64,000 nt of DNA from the NCBI GenBank assembly GCA_964291625.2, contig OZ220089.1, forward strand, positions 4,224,001-4,288,000, read 5' to 3'. The DNA is from Candidatus Latescibacterota bacterium. Its GTDB lineage: Bacteria; Latescibacterota; UBA2968; UBA8231. How positions within the stretch are numbered: the first letter of the stretch is position 1; the number at the start of each line of letters is the position of its first letter. Positions 52,859 through 61,707 of the stretch are shown here, piece by piece. The notes under the pieces are model-generated. The model saw only the letters and a list, made by a program, of their open reading frames with translations, was not told where the DNA came from and made no database searches. The translations under genes and the position numbers were made by a program.

Positions 52859-53605
52859 TCAGCCTCCATCCGGTGCGGATTCCAGGTCGATGCCGAGGGC
52901 GGAGAGCTGGTCCTCGACCTGTCCCGCCCAGCCGCGGTTGGCCGCGGGGCTCGCCGGGCTCGGGTGCAGGATCTCGCCGAAGACGAAGCCGCCGCCGTCC
53001 AGGGCGGCGCGGGCCCGGTCGCGCCCGAAGCGGCCGACGCCCAGCACCCATCGCGGGGAGAGGTGGTCGGCGATCCGCCCGAGGGCCCGGTCGCAGACCT
53101 CGAAGAGGGGGTCCCGCTCGCGCGCCGGGAGCTTGTCGGGCGTGCGGTTGCGGCCGCTCTCCTCGAGGAAGGCGAGGGGGCAGTAGTTCCAGATGAAGAA
53201 CCGGTCGAAGAACCGGTCGGGGGTGCCGAAGCGGTCGCGGGCCCACCCCCACAGGCGCCGGCCGCTGACCTCGCTGCGGCGGCAGGCGAAGCCCTCCACC
53301 GGCCGCCGCGGGTGCTGGGACCGGGGGGTGCGCACACCGCCGTCGATGCCCAGCCAGCCGCGGACGAGGCCGACCTCGCCGAAGGGGACGCCGGTCTGCA
53401 CCATGCCCCAGGGGCCGGGGTTCATGCCCACCAGCAGGACCTCGGCCCCGGGGCGGCAGTAGCGCTCCAGGTAGGCCTTGTGGGCCTCGAAGGCGTAGAC
53501 CAGGGGGTTGTAGACGTGCGCCACCGGGGGGGCGAACCGCAGCCTCCCCGCCCCGCGGCCGAGGGCGCGGGCCACGGAGACCGGCGGCGAGGAGCGGGGG
53601 CTCAT
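52859..53605 (-). CDS. SMUG1-type (family 3) uracil-DNA glycosylase
   Basis: GMNPGPWGMVQTGVPFG, SEVSGRR, HPSPASP. Confidence 0.92.
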   Translation of the reverse strand: MSPRSSPPVSVARALGRGAGRLRFAPPVAHVYNPLVYAFEAHKAYLERYCRPGAEVLLVGMNPGPWGMVQTGVPFGEVGLVRGWLGIDGGVRTPRSQHPRRPVEGFACRRSEVSGRRLWGWARDRFGTPDRFFDRFFIWNYCPLAFLEESGRNRTPDKLPARERDPLFEVCDRALGRIADHLSPRWVLGVGRFGRDRARAALDGGGFVFGEILHPSPASPAANRGWAGQVEDQLSALGIDLESAPDGG

Positions 53606-53618
53606 TCCAGGCCCGGGG

Positions 53619-54562
53619 TCACTCGCTGTAGACCGCCTCGATGAGCCCTCTCATGTAGCCGATGGCGTAGAGGCGTTCCATGGAGTGGACGTCCTCGAAG
53701 TCCTCCCAGGTCAGCTGCGGGAAGTGGTCGGGCCGCGCCACCCCGCCGTAGCCGACGTCCTTGTAGGCCCGGACGCAGGCCGCCATGTCGTGCTGGCCGT
53801 CGTCGTGGAAGGCCTCCTGGAACTTCTCCGGCGTGCCGCGGATGTCGCGGAAGTGGACGAAGTGGATCTTCTCCTGCTCCCCGAAGTGGCGGATGACGCC
53901 GGGCAGGTCGTCGGTCATGAGGCCGAAGTTGCCCTGGCAGAGGCCGATGCCGTTGGCCGGGCTGGGCACGAGATCGACCATGCGCCCTGGATCGGCGACA
54001 GGGGCGGGTCGTCGGGATGCATGGCCAGCTTGACGCCGGCCTCCTCGGCCACGGGCACCACCTGTTCGAGGAAGTACCTCAGGCTCTCCCACTGATCGGC
54101 CTCGGTGATCTCGCCGTGGGCGCCGGCCTCGTGGGTGCGGTTGAACTCCTCGAGGTCGAATCCCGTCACCCGGGAGCCTGCCCGGGACGGCAGCTCCCGC
54201 GAGGTGCGGATCACCATGTGGACGGGCATCCAGGCCGGGCACCAGACCGGGATGCCGGCGGCGCCCATGTTGCGGATGAGCTCGCGGACGACGGCGATCT
54301 CCTCGTCGCGCCCATCCCTCCCGAGCTTGGTATTCTCCATGGGAGGGCGGCTCTCGATGACGGCGAGGCGATAGCCGTTGCTCTCGTATTGCGCCTTGCG
54401 GCGGGCGAGGGAGACGCGGCTGAAGGGCTGGGCGTCGTCGTCGACCGGCTTGCCCTCCAAGGGCGTCAGGTCGAAGGTGCCCACGGCGTGCTCGACGCCG
54501 CACTGGGCGCCGAAGGTCGACACGGCGTTGGCCTCGGGTCCCAGGGCCAGGGCGATGTGCAT
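53619..54562 (-). pseudogene. uxuA: mannonate dehydratase (UxuA-like), split by an out-of-frame internal deletion
   Basis: N-part (54562 to ~53985) ends HPDDPPLSPIQG; C-part in another frame has CQGNF, HFVHFRD, RPDH, YAIGYMRGL. Confidence 0.75.
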
Positions 54563-54739
54563 GGGGTCGTCCTTTCTTCTGGAGGCTTGTCACCCGGCGG
54601 AGGGCTGAAGAAACGGCGCGCCGGCGGCGTGTCAATCACGCGAGGCTCTCCAGGGCCGGCGCCGGGACTGGCCGGCGATCGGCGCGACCCCGCCTCGGCC
54701 GCCCAGCCGGGCGTCCCGCTTCGGCCCGTTCCGGGGCTG

Positions 54740-54768
54740 TTGCCGGGAAGGGAGGGACCCCGTAGATT
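54740..54768 (+). promoter_or_regulatory. candidate sigma70 promoter of the cys leader
   Basis: TTGCCG-17 nt-TAGATT. Confidence 0.45.
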
Positions 54769-54832
54769 CCTCGGGCTTTGGTCGCCGCGTCGGCGGCCGC
54801 GCTCCACCTGGATCGAGGAAGTGACGAGGAAA

Positions 54833-54949
54833 ATGATCAGGACCCGCGCACATGGCCGATCGGCGTCGGCGCGGGGGACCCGCATGGCGGGGACCTGCTG
54901 CTGCTGTTGTTGTTGCGAGCCCACTCCGGGGCGGGAGGCCGTGCCTTAG
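54833..54949 (+). CDS. poly-Cys leader peptide of cys operon (38 aa; or 21 aa from ATG 54884)
   Basis: MIRTRAHGRSASARGTR-MAGTCCCCCCCEPTPGREAVP*; 7 consecutive mixed TGC/TGT codons at 54896-54916. Confidence 0.8.
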   Translation: MIRTRAHGRSASARGTRMAGTCCCCCCCEPTPGREAVP

Positions 54950-55010
54950 ACGCAAGCCGGCCTCGCCAACACGGCAGCGCCGATCCCTGATCACACAGGA
55001 AGGCGCATCC

Positions 55011-55048
55011 ACCGCCCCGATGAGTCAGTCATCGGGGCGGTTTTTTTT
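55011..55048 (+). terminator. attenuator (intrinsic terminator) upstream of cysH
   Basis: 13-bp stem ACCGCCCCGATGA / TCATCGGGGCGGT, 5-nt loop, T8 tract, ending 24 nt before the cysH ATG. Confidence 0.9.
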
Positions 55049-55072
55049 GGAGTGACAAGAGACGGAGGAGTC

Positions 55073-55831
55073 ATGGAAACAGAAGAGTGGACCGGGGAGA
55101 GGCTCGCCCAGGTCAGCGCGGGGCTCGAGACCGCTCATCCCCGGGAGATCATGGCCTGGGCCCTCGACAACTTCCATCCGGACATCGTCCTCGCCTGCAG
55201 CTTCGGCGGCGTCTCCGGCATGGTCCTGCTCGACATGGCCATGAAGAGCGACCGGTCCGTGCCGGTCTTCTACGTGGACACCGGTTTCCTGTTCACGGAG
55301 ACCCACGCCCTCAAGGACGAAGCCGCGCGCCGCTACGGGTTCCTTCCCCTGGCCTTCCGGCCCGACCTGTCCGTCGAGCAGCAGGCCGTCCTGCACGGAC
55401 CGGAGCTGTGGAAGGCCGACCCCGATCTCTGCTGCGAGGTCCGCAAGGTCGGTCCCAACCGGCGCGCTCTCGAAGGCAGGCGCGCATGGATCGCCGGGCT
55501 GCGCCGCGACCAGGGCGAAACCCGCCGCGACGTTGCCATCGTCGCCTGGGACACGAAATTCGACCTCGTCAAGATCAACCCCCTGGCAGCGTGGACCGAG
55601 GACGATGTGTGGAACTACGTCCGCGAGAACGACGTGCCCTACAACAACCTCCACGACCGCGGGTATCCGAGCATCGGCTGCGTCCACTGCACGCGCGCCG
55701 TCAGGCCCGGGGAAGATCCGCGGGCCGGCCGTTGGTCGGGCGGGGACAAGGTGGAGTGCGGCCTCCACACCGGCCCCGAGGGCCGGCCGAGGCAACTCCA
55801 TCACATCGAAGAACTGACGAAAGGAGCGTGA
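55073..55831 (+). CDS. cysH: APS/PAPS reductase (Fe-S type)
   Basis: DTGFLF, CCEVRKV, GYPSIGCVHC, RAGRW, ECGLH; GGAGG RBS. Confidence 0.93.
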   Translation: METEEWTGERLAQVSAGLETAHPREIMAWALDNFHPDIVLACSFGGVSGMVLLDMAMKSDRSVPVFYVDTGFLFTETHALKDEAARRYGFLPLAFRPDLSVEQQAVLHGPELWKADPDLCCEVRKVGPNRRALEGRRAWIAGLRRDQGETRRDVAIVAWDTKFDLVKINPLAAWTEDDVWNYVRENDVPYNNLHDRGYPSIGCVHCTRAVRPGEDPRAGRWSGGDKVECGLHTGPEGRPRQLHHIEELTKGA

Positions 55832-55834
55832 TTC

Positions 55835-56404
55835 TTGGACCACAAGGGAGTGACCATCTGGTTCACCGGGCTGTCAGGCGCGGGCAAGAGCACGATCGCG
55901 GAACGGCTGGTGGCGTTCCTGCGGGAGCGGGGCCTGAAGACCGAGTTGCTCGACGGCGACGTGGTTCGCACGAACCTCAGCAAGGGGCTGGGATTCAGCA
56001 AGGAGGACCGGGACACCAACATCCGCCGCATCGGGTTCGTCAGCCAGCTGCTGACGCGCAACGGCGTCGTCAGCATCGTCTCGGCCATCTCGCCGTATCG
56101 CGAGGTGCGCGACGAGGTGCGCCGCGAGATCGGCAGCTTCATCGAGATTCACGTCCACGCCTCCCTCGACGAGCTGGTGCGGCGTGACGTCAAGGGTCTC
56201 TACGAGAAGGCCCTCAAGGGAGAGATCCCCAACTTCACCGGCGTCTCCGACCCTTACGAGGAGCCGCTGAACCCCGACGTCTTCCTCGACACGGAGCAGG
56301 AGAGCATCGACGAGAGCCTCGCCAAGGTGGTGGACGCCCTGGAGACGCGGGGCCTGATCCCGTCGGGCGCCGCGAGCCAGCCGGTGGAGGAAGCCGCCCG
56401 ATGA
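55835..56404 (+). CDS. cysC: adenylylsulfate kinase
   Basis: WFTGLSGAGKST, LDGD, FTGVSDPYEEP. Confidence 0.95.
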   Translation: MDHKGVTIWFTGLSGAGKSTIAERLVAFLRERGLKTELLDGDVVRTNLSKGLGFSKEDRDTNIRRIGFVSQLLTRNGVVSIVSAISPYREVRDEVRREIGSFIEIHVHASLDELVRRDVKGLYEKALKGEIPNFTGVSDPYEEPLNPDVFLDTEQESIDESLAKVVDALETRGLIPSGAASQPVEEAAR

Positions 56405-57558
56405 CGATCCCCATCGCACCCCACGGCGGCGAGCTCATCAACCGTCTGGCCTCCACCGCGGAGGCGGAGGAGATCCACGCCCGCGCCGGCGGCCTGCCCC
56501 GCCTCACCCTCTCTCTCCGCGAGTCCGCCGACCTCGACCTCATCGCCGTCGGCGCTATGAGCCCCCTTGCCGGCTTCATGGACCGCGCCGACTACCAGCG
56601 CACCGTGGGCGAGATGCGCCTTGCCGACGGCACCCTCTGGAGCCTGCCCATCACCCTGTCCGCGCCGCCGGAGGCCGCCGCCGCCCTCGGCGCCGGCAGC
56701 GAGGCGGCCCTGCACGACGCCGCGGGACGGCTCGTGGGAGTCATCGCGGTCGACGAGGTCTACCCGTACGACAAGCAGGCCGAGGCGCGGAGCGTCTTCG
56801 GAACGGATGACGAGGACCACCCCGGCGTCGCCTCCGTCTACCGACAGCACGACCTGCTCGTAGGCGGCGCCGTCACCGTCGTCGAGCGCGAGGAGTTGGA
56901 GGAGGTCCTGCGGCCCTACCGGCAGGATCCGTCCGAGACCCGCGCCGCCTTCGCCGAGCGGGAGTGGCGGACGATCGTCGGGTTTCAGACGCGGAACCCG
57001 GTACACCGGGCCCACGAGTACATCCAGAAGGCGGCCCTGGAGATCGTCGACGGCCTGCTGCTGCACCCCCTCGTGGGCGAGACCAAGCCCGACGACATCC
57101 CCGCCGACGTGCGCATGCGCTGCTACGAGGCGCTGCTGGAGGGCTACTATCCGGCCGGCCACGTGCATCTCTCGGTGCTGCCCGCGGCCATGCGCTACGC
57201 CGGCCCCAAGGAGGCGATCTTCCACGCGCTCCTCCGCAAGAACTACGGCTGCACCCACTTCATCGTGGGGCGCGACCACGCCGGCGTCGGGTCGTACTAC
57301 GGCACCTACGAGGCGCAGGACCTGCTGCGCAGCGTGCCGCCCGCCGACCTCGGCATCACCCCCCTGTTCTTCGATCACTCCTTCTACTGCAGGCGCTGCG
57401 AGGGCATGGCCTCCATGAAGACCTGCCCCCACGGGCCGGAGGACCGGGTGATCCTCAGCGGCACGCAGGTGCGCGACATGCTGGCCGCCGGACAGGTGCC
57501 GCCCATGGAGTTCACGCGGCCGGAGGTGGCGCGGATCCTGATCGAGGCCGCGGCGTAG
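56401..57558 (+). CDS. sat: sulfate adenylyltransferase
   Basis: PHGG, FQTRNPVHRAHE, MRYAGP, VGRDHAG. Confidence 0.96.
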   Translation: MTIPIAPHGGELINRLASTAEAEEIHARAGGLPRLTLSLRESADLDLIAVGAMSPLAGFMDRADYQRTVGEMRLADGTLWSLPITLSAPPEAAAALGAGSEAALHDAAGRLVGVIAVDEVYPYDKQAEARSVFGTDDEDHPGVASVYRQHDLLVGGAVTVVEREELEEVLRPYRQDPSETRAAFAEREWRTIVGFQTRNPVHRAHEYIQKAALEIVDGLLLHPLVGETKPDDIPADVRMRCYEALLEGYYPAGHVHLSVLPAAMRYAGPKEAIFHALLRKNYGCTHFIVGRDHAGVGSYYGTYEAQDLLRSVPPADLGITPLFFDHSFYCRRCEGMASMKTCPHGPEDRVILSGTQVRDMLAAGQVPPMEFTRPEVARILIEAAA

Positions 57559-57766
57559 GCGGATCCCCTTCGGATGCAGTGAAGTCAGCGGCCGCGGCCG
57601 GTCCGGGCGGAGCATCGGCGCGGATGCAGGTAGCACACCTGCCGGCGCCGGAAGAGCTGCGGGCGGACTCGCCCCACGGGGGCGACCTGCTACGGGGCGT
57701 GGCGCCGGCCGTGCGCGCCGTGCTTGCGGGCGATCCGGTACGGGGCGTCAGCCCCGCCGCAGTCGG

Positions 57767-59020
57767 CTACTCCACTTCCACCTGCACCCGGCGCCGGTCC
57801 GGGTCGAAGGCGGCCAGGACCGCCCCGTCCTCCACCAGGAGGGTCCCGCTCCGGAAGGCGGCGCGGTTCGGGGCCCGCGCCAGGGGGCGGCCGTCGACCC
57901 GCACCGAGCGCACATCTCCACCGGTCAGGCGCAGGGTCAGCTCAGAGGTCCGCACCGGCAGGTCGAGGCAGACGGTCTTGCCCTCCACCGAGACCTCGGC
58001 CATCTCCCGGGCGCAGGCGTAGGTGGTGATCTGGCTGCAGGTCCGCCACCGGGTGCGCTCGCCCCGGGGATCGCGTTCGGCGAGGCGGCCCACCACCTGC
58101 TGGAAGGCCCGGAAGCCGCGCCGGTCCTCGTCGTGCATCCCGTAGAACCCCTGCCAGTGGCTGATGAGCACCGCCGGCTCTCCCGCGTCGATGAGGGCCG
58201 GCAGGCGGCCGCCCTCGAGGTCGGGGGTGATGTACTTGTCGGCATCGACCTCGCCGTACCCGGTCCAGCTGCCGGTCCAGTCGCCGGTGGAGGCGATGAT
58301 TTCGCCCGTGGCCTGCCCGGCCCGGCGGTCGGGGTGCCACACGGGCGTGTCCACCGTCGCCTCCGAGGAAACCCGCTGAAAGAAGTAGGGCACCGGGTTG
58401 CCGGTGACCTGGCGCACGGCTTCGCCGGCGCAGCGGGCGTAGAAGGGCAGGGTGCGGCCGCCGAAGCCGCCGGGTGAGGTGACCCCCTGGGGTGTCAGGC
58501 CCACGGAGGCGAGGATGCGGCAGGCCCGGGCGATGTACTCGGTGACCAGCTCCTCCTGATCCTCGGGCAGGGCCGCCCAGTCGTACTGCTCCCATATCCC
58601 GGAAGGGAGGGGCTGCAGGGTCTTCGGATCCACGACGAAGGTGTGGGTCAGCATCTCCGGGGTGATGTCGAAGGCGGGGACGATGACCTCGCGGCACATG
58701 GCCAGCCACTCCTCCTGCTGGGCCTTGCTGAAGAGGGGGAGCCCCTCGTCGATGCGCCCCAGGGCGGCCGGGCAGGGCACGACCGAGAACTTGCCGCGCA
58801 CGCCGCTGGCCAGGCACCACTCGGCGAACTCCCGCGTGAAGGAGGTGGGATGGACCACGGGCAGGTCTTCCCAGCGCCGGTCACGGTCCTCTGCCATGGA
58901 GCGGGCGGTCGTGCGGTCGCGGAGGAAGAAGTAGTTGAGGTTCACCAGCACCGTGGAATCGTCGAAGATGATCGACAGGGGCACCCGGTCGAGGGCGTGG
59001 CGGGTGATTTCGGCGAGCAA
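57767..59020 (-). CDS. conserved hypothetical protein, possibly polysaccharide-deacetylase-like barrel
   Basis: Host-like codon usage; IIFDDS, GKFSVVP, PEMLTH, TSPGGFG, SHW motifs; TTG start with AGGAG RBS. Confidence 0.55.
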   Translation of the reverse strand: MLAEITRHALDRVPLSIIFDDSTVLVNLNYFFLRDRTTARSMAEDRDRRWEDLPVVHPTSFTREFAEWCLASGVRGKFSVVPCPAALGRIDEGLPLFSKAQQEEWLAMCREVIVPAFDITPEMLTHTFVVDPKTLQPLPSGIWEQYDWAALPEDQEELVTEYIARACRILASVGLTPQGVTSPGGFGGRTLPFYARCAGEAVRQVTGNPVPYFFQRVSSEATVDTPVWHPDRRAGQATGEIIASTGDWTGSWTGYGEVDADKYITPDLEGGRLPALIDAGEPAVLISHWQGFYGMHDEDRRGFRAFQQVVGRLAERDPRGERTRWRTCSQITTYACAREMAEVSVEGKTVCLDLPVRTSELTLRLTGGDVRSVRVDGRPLARAPNRAAFRSGTLLVEDGAVLAAFDPDRRRVQVEVE

Positions 59021-59181
59021 GGGGATCTCCTCTCTCTGGTCGGCCCAAGTGGGCCCAGGGGATGTATCCCTGCCTGGGGGTCAGTCCAGACACTGTCCGG
59101 TCCTGCGTATGCGGGACACCGCAGCATGCGCACGACAGTTGGGTGACACCCGCTGGTCCGGGATGGCCCGAGCGGCCCGGG

Positions 59182-59233
59182 TTGCGGATGGTCGACGAAT
59201 GCATATAATTCTTGCATTCGCTTCTGCGCAAGA
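59182..59233 (+). promoter_or_regulatory. candidate promoter plus operator of the XRE-ImmA gene
   Basis: TTGCGG-16 nt-TATAAT immediately followed by TCTTGC-N12-GCAAGA. Confidence 0.5.
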
Positions 59234-59273
59234 TCACCATCAAGACTCAGATATGTAAGCAAGGGGGAATCGC

Positions 59274-60380
59274 GTGGCGAGAGACCTGATTGGAGGCAGG
59301 ATCAAGGCGCTGCGGCATGCCCGGGGGCTGTCGCAGGAAGACATGGCGCGCCTGCTGGGATTCAATGACAGGCAGACCATCTCGACGATCGAGATGGGTA
59401 CACGCCGGGTGACGGCGCAGGAACTTCTGCTCGCGGCCGAGAAGCTGGGCGAACCGCTCGCGTACTTCACGGACCCGTTTCGGCTGGAGGGCGAGGGTCG
59501 ATTCTCGTGGCGGCAGACCGGAGTGCCGCCGGAGCGGCTCGTGGAGTACGAGAGGCTCGCAAGTCGATGGATCGGAGCCTATCGCACACTGGCGCCGCAG
59601 GTCGGCCGAGAGACGCGTCTGATGCGCCCGTCGCTGGGCCTGACGCGGGGGTCGCGGTACGAGGAGGCCATCCAGGCAGGCGAGCGCTTCGCCACCGAGC
59701 TTGAGTTGGGGGAGATTCCGGGCGAGCGTCTCGTCGAGGTGATGGAGGGGGCCCTGGGCATCCTGGTGCTCATGGTCAATGCCGGCGAGGGAATCTCCGG
59801 AGCCGCCTGCCGCCTGCCAGAGCTGGACGCGGTGCTCATCGCCCGCCACGAGATTGTGGGACGTCGTCACTTCGACCTGGCGCACGAGTTGTTCCACGTC
59901 CTGACTTGGGAGGCGATGCCGCCCAAGCACATAGAGGAAGCGGTCGAGACGGGCGGCGACCGCGTCGAGCAACTGGCCAACAACTTCGCCGCCGCGGTTC
60001 TGATGCCCTCGGCGGTCGTGGCTCGGTTCGGCCGGTGGGGGAAAACGGACGCGGACTCCCTGGTCGCACGGCTGAACCGGGTCGCGTCGGCACTCAAGGT
60101 GACATCGTCGGCACTCAGGTGGCGGCTCGTAGCGCTTGGGGAGTTGCCGGCCACCACGGCGCGGCAGATTCCCGAGGCGTCGCTCAGGAACAACGGCGGG
60201 ATGGCGGCGGACTCAGCCCCTCCGCCCCTGTTCTCGAAGCCCTTCGCCGAGGTTCTGGGATTGGCACTTGCGCAGGGTCGCGTGTCCGTGCGGCGGGCGG
60301 CCGGGCTGGTAGATGCGCCAGTGGAGGAACTGCCGGGGCTTTTGGCCGCGCACGGCCTCGAGCACAGTGTTGAGCTGTGA
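59274..60380 (+). CDS. XRE-family HTH fused to ImmA/IrrE-family zinc metallopeptidase
   Basis: N-terminal HTH (LSQEDMARLLG..QTISTIE), FDLAHELFH (HExxH), EQLANNFAAAVLMP. Confidence 0.92.
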   Translation: MARDLIGGRIKALRHARGLSQEDMARLLGFNDRQTISTIEMGTRRVTAQELLLAAEKLGEPLAYFTDPFRLEGEGRFSWRQTGVPPERLVEYERLASRWIGAYRTLAPQVGRETRLMRPSLGLTRGSRYEEAIQAGERFATELELGEIPGERLVEVMEGALGILVLMVNAGEGISGAACRLPELDAVLIARHEIVGRRHFDLAHELFHVLTWEAMPPKHIEEAVETGGDRVEQLANNFAAAVLMPSAVVARFGRWGKTDADSLVARLNRVASALKVTSSALRWRLVALGELPATTARQIPEASLRNNGGMAADSAPPPLFSKPFAEVLGLALAQGRVSVRRAAGLVDAPVEELPGLLAAHGLEHSVEL

Positions 60381-60570
60381 ACGAAAGCGTCAGGCCGGGT
60401 GCGGTCGTTCTGGTGGACACGAACGTCATCATCGAAGCGCATCGGACCGGCACATGGGCGGCCCTCGCAGGCGCCTATGCCGTTGAGACAGTGGAGGCTG
60501 TGTGACGGAGACGCAGACCGGGTACCAGCGGCGAGCCCGGGAGCGTTGGATCGAGGTCGGGGTGTTGACG
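60377..60570 (+). pseudogene. PIN-domain toxin-like gene, frameshifted and truncated
   Basis: GTGA overlap; VLVDTNVIIEAH; stop at 60503; continues in the shifted frame as CVTETQTGYQRR; 3' boundary approximate. Confidence 0.65.
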
Positions 60571-60692
60571 ATGCCGGGGAAGGCGATGGTGCCCGCTTGC
60601 GTGTTGTCCAAGGATGCAGTCGAAGCCCCGGTCTGCGGCGGTAGCTGGGCCGGGAAGCGCGGACCTCAACGTGACGGAGAGCGTCGTTCAGG

Positions 60693-61684
60693 TCACTCGC
60701 CGACCATGGCAGCAGCCAGACGATCCAGGAGTCCGTCATCGGCCGGCATCAACCCCGAGGCCGGCAGACGCCGCAGCAGGTCGACCCAGCGGTGGTTCTG
60801 CGCCTGCGCCCGTTTCAGGTAGGGCACGGCCTCCTCCTCGCGCCCCTCGCCGGCCAGAGTCACACCCACCCAGAACGGGGCCTCCCGCCGGTGGCCTCGT
60901 CGGACACCAGTTCGGTGGCGGCGCGGTAGGCATCCATGGCGGCCTCCAGGTCCCCCGCGGTCACCAGCTCGTCCCCTTCGTTGAGCTTGTGGTAGGCGCG
61001 CGCCAGACGGACCAGGCGCCGCAGCTCTTCAACCGGCTCGGGATGATCGTCCACGCGCAGGTCGAAGACGCGGTCGACCCACGGCCGGCCGGTATCCTCG
61101 GCGGAGACCACGAGGATCGCCGCCGACTGGCGGCCTCGCAGGTCGCCCCCCTCGGCCTCGGCGACTTCCAGGGCCGCGAGCAGCCGCTCGGCCAGATCGC
61201 CCTCGGCGTTCTCGTAGGCCCTGGCCATGGCCGGCCAGACGCTGCCCCGGTCCATCAGGTTCGCCTGAACGCTGTACTGGGCTCCGGCGTGGTGGCCGGC
61301 GGCGGCGATGGCGCGCTCACCCGTGTGCACCGCGACGTTCCCTTCGGCATCGACCATGGCCACTTGCCGCACCGCGGCGTCGGCATCCCCGGCGAGCAGG
61401 GCGGTGAGCGCCTCCCGGGCCGTCTTGCCCATGGCCATCAGTTCGAGGCCGAGGGGACCGTAGGCCGGGTCGACGAGGGACTGGGTGGCCACGGCGCCGA
61501 CGCCGGGACGGGCCCACGGAACGATGGGACCCACGGAGAACCAGTGGGACTGCACCGCCACCCCGAGTTGGCCGCTGACGGAGTCGCGGGCGACGATGGA
61601 GTAGGTAGCCACGGGCCGCCGCCAGTCCGGTGCGGCCGCCGCGGCCAGCTGTGCCGTGGTGAGAATCAGGATGATCGCGCCCAT
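60693..61684 (-). CDS. DUF1028-domain exported protein with TPR-like tail (two apparent 1-nt frameshifts near 3' end)
   Basis: TYSIVARD, GAVATQS, GGDLRGRQSAA, DLRVDDH; main frame stops at 60860; shifted frames read EAPFWVGVTLA then EGREEEAVPYL..RLPASGL to a stop at 60693. Confidence 0.75.
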
Positions 61685-61707
61685 CGTTCCTCCTCGGGGG
61701 GGCATTT

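Noticed and set aside
54896-54916. TGC/TGT run as a mere microsatellite or minus-strand poly-Gln
   Set aside because: Mixed synonymous Cys codons, in-frame starts, a downstream terminator and the cys-operon context favour a leader peptide.
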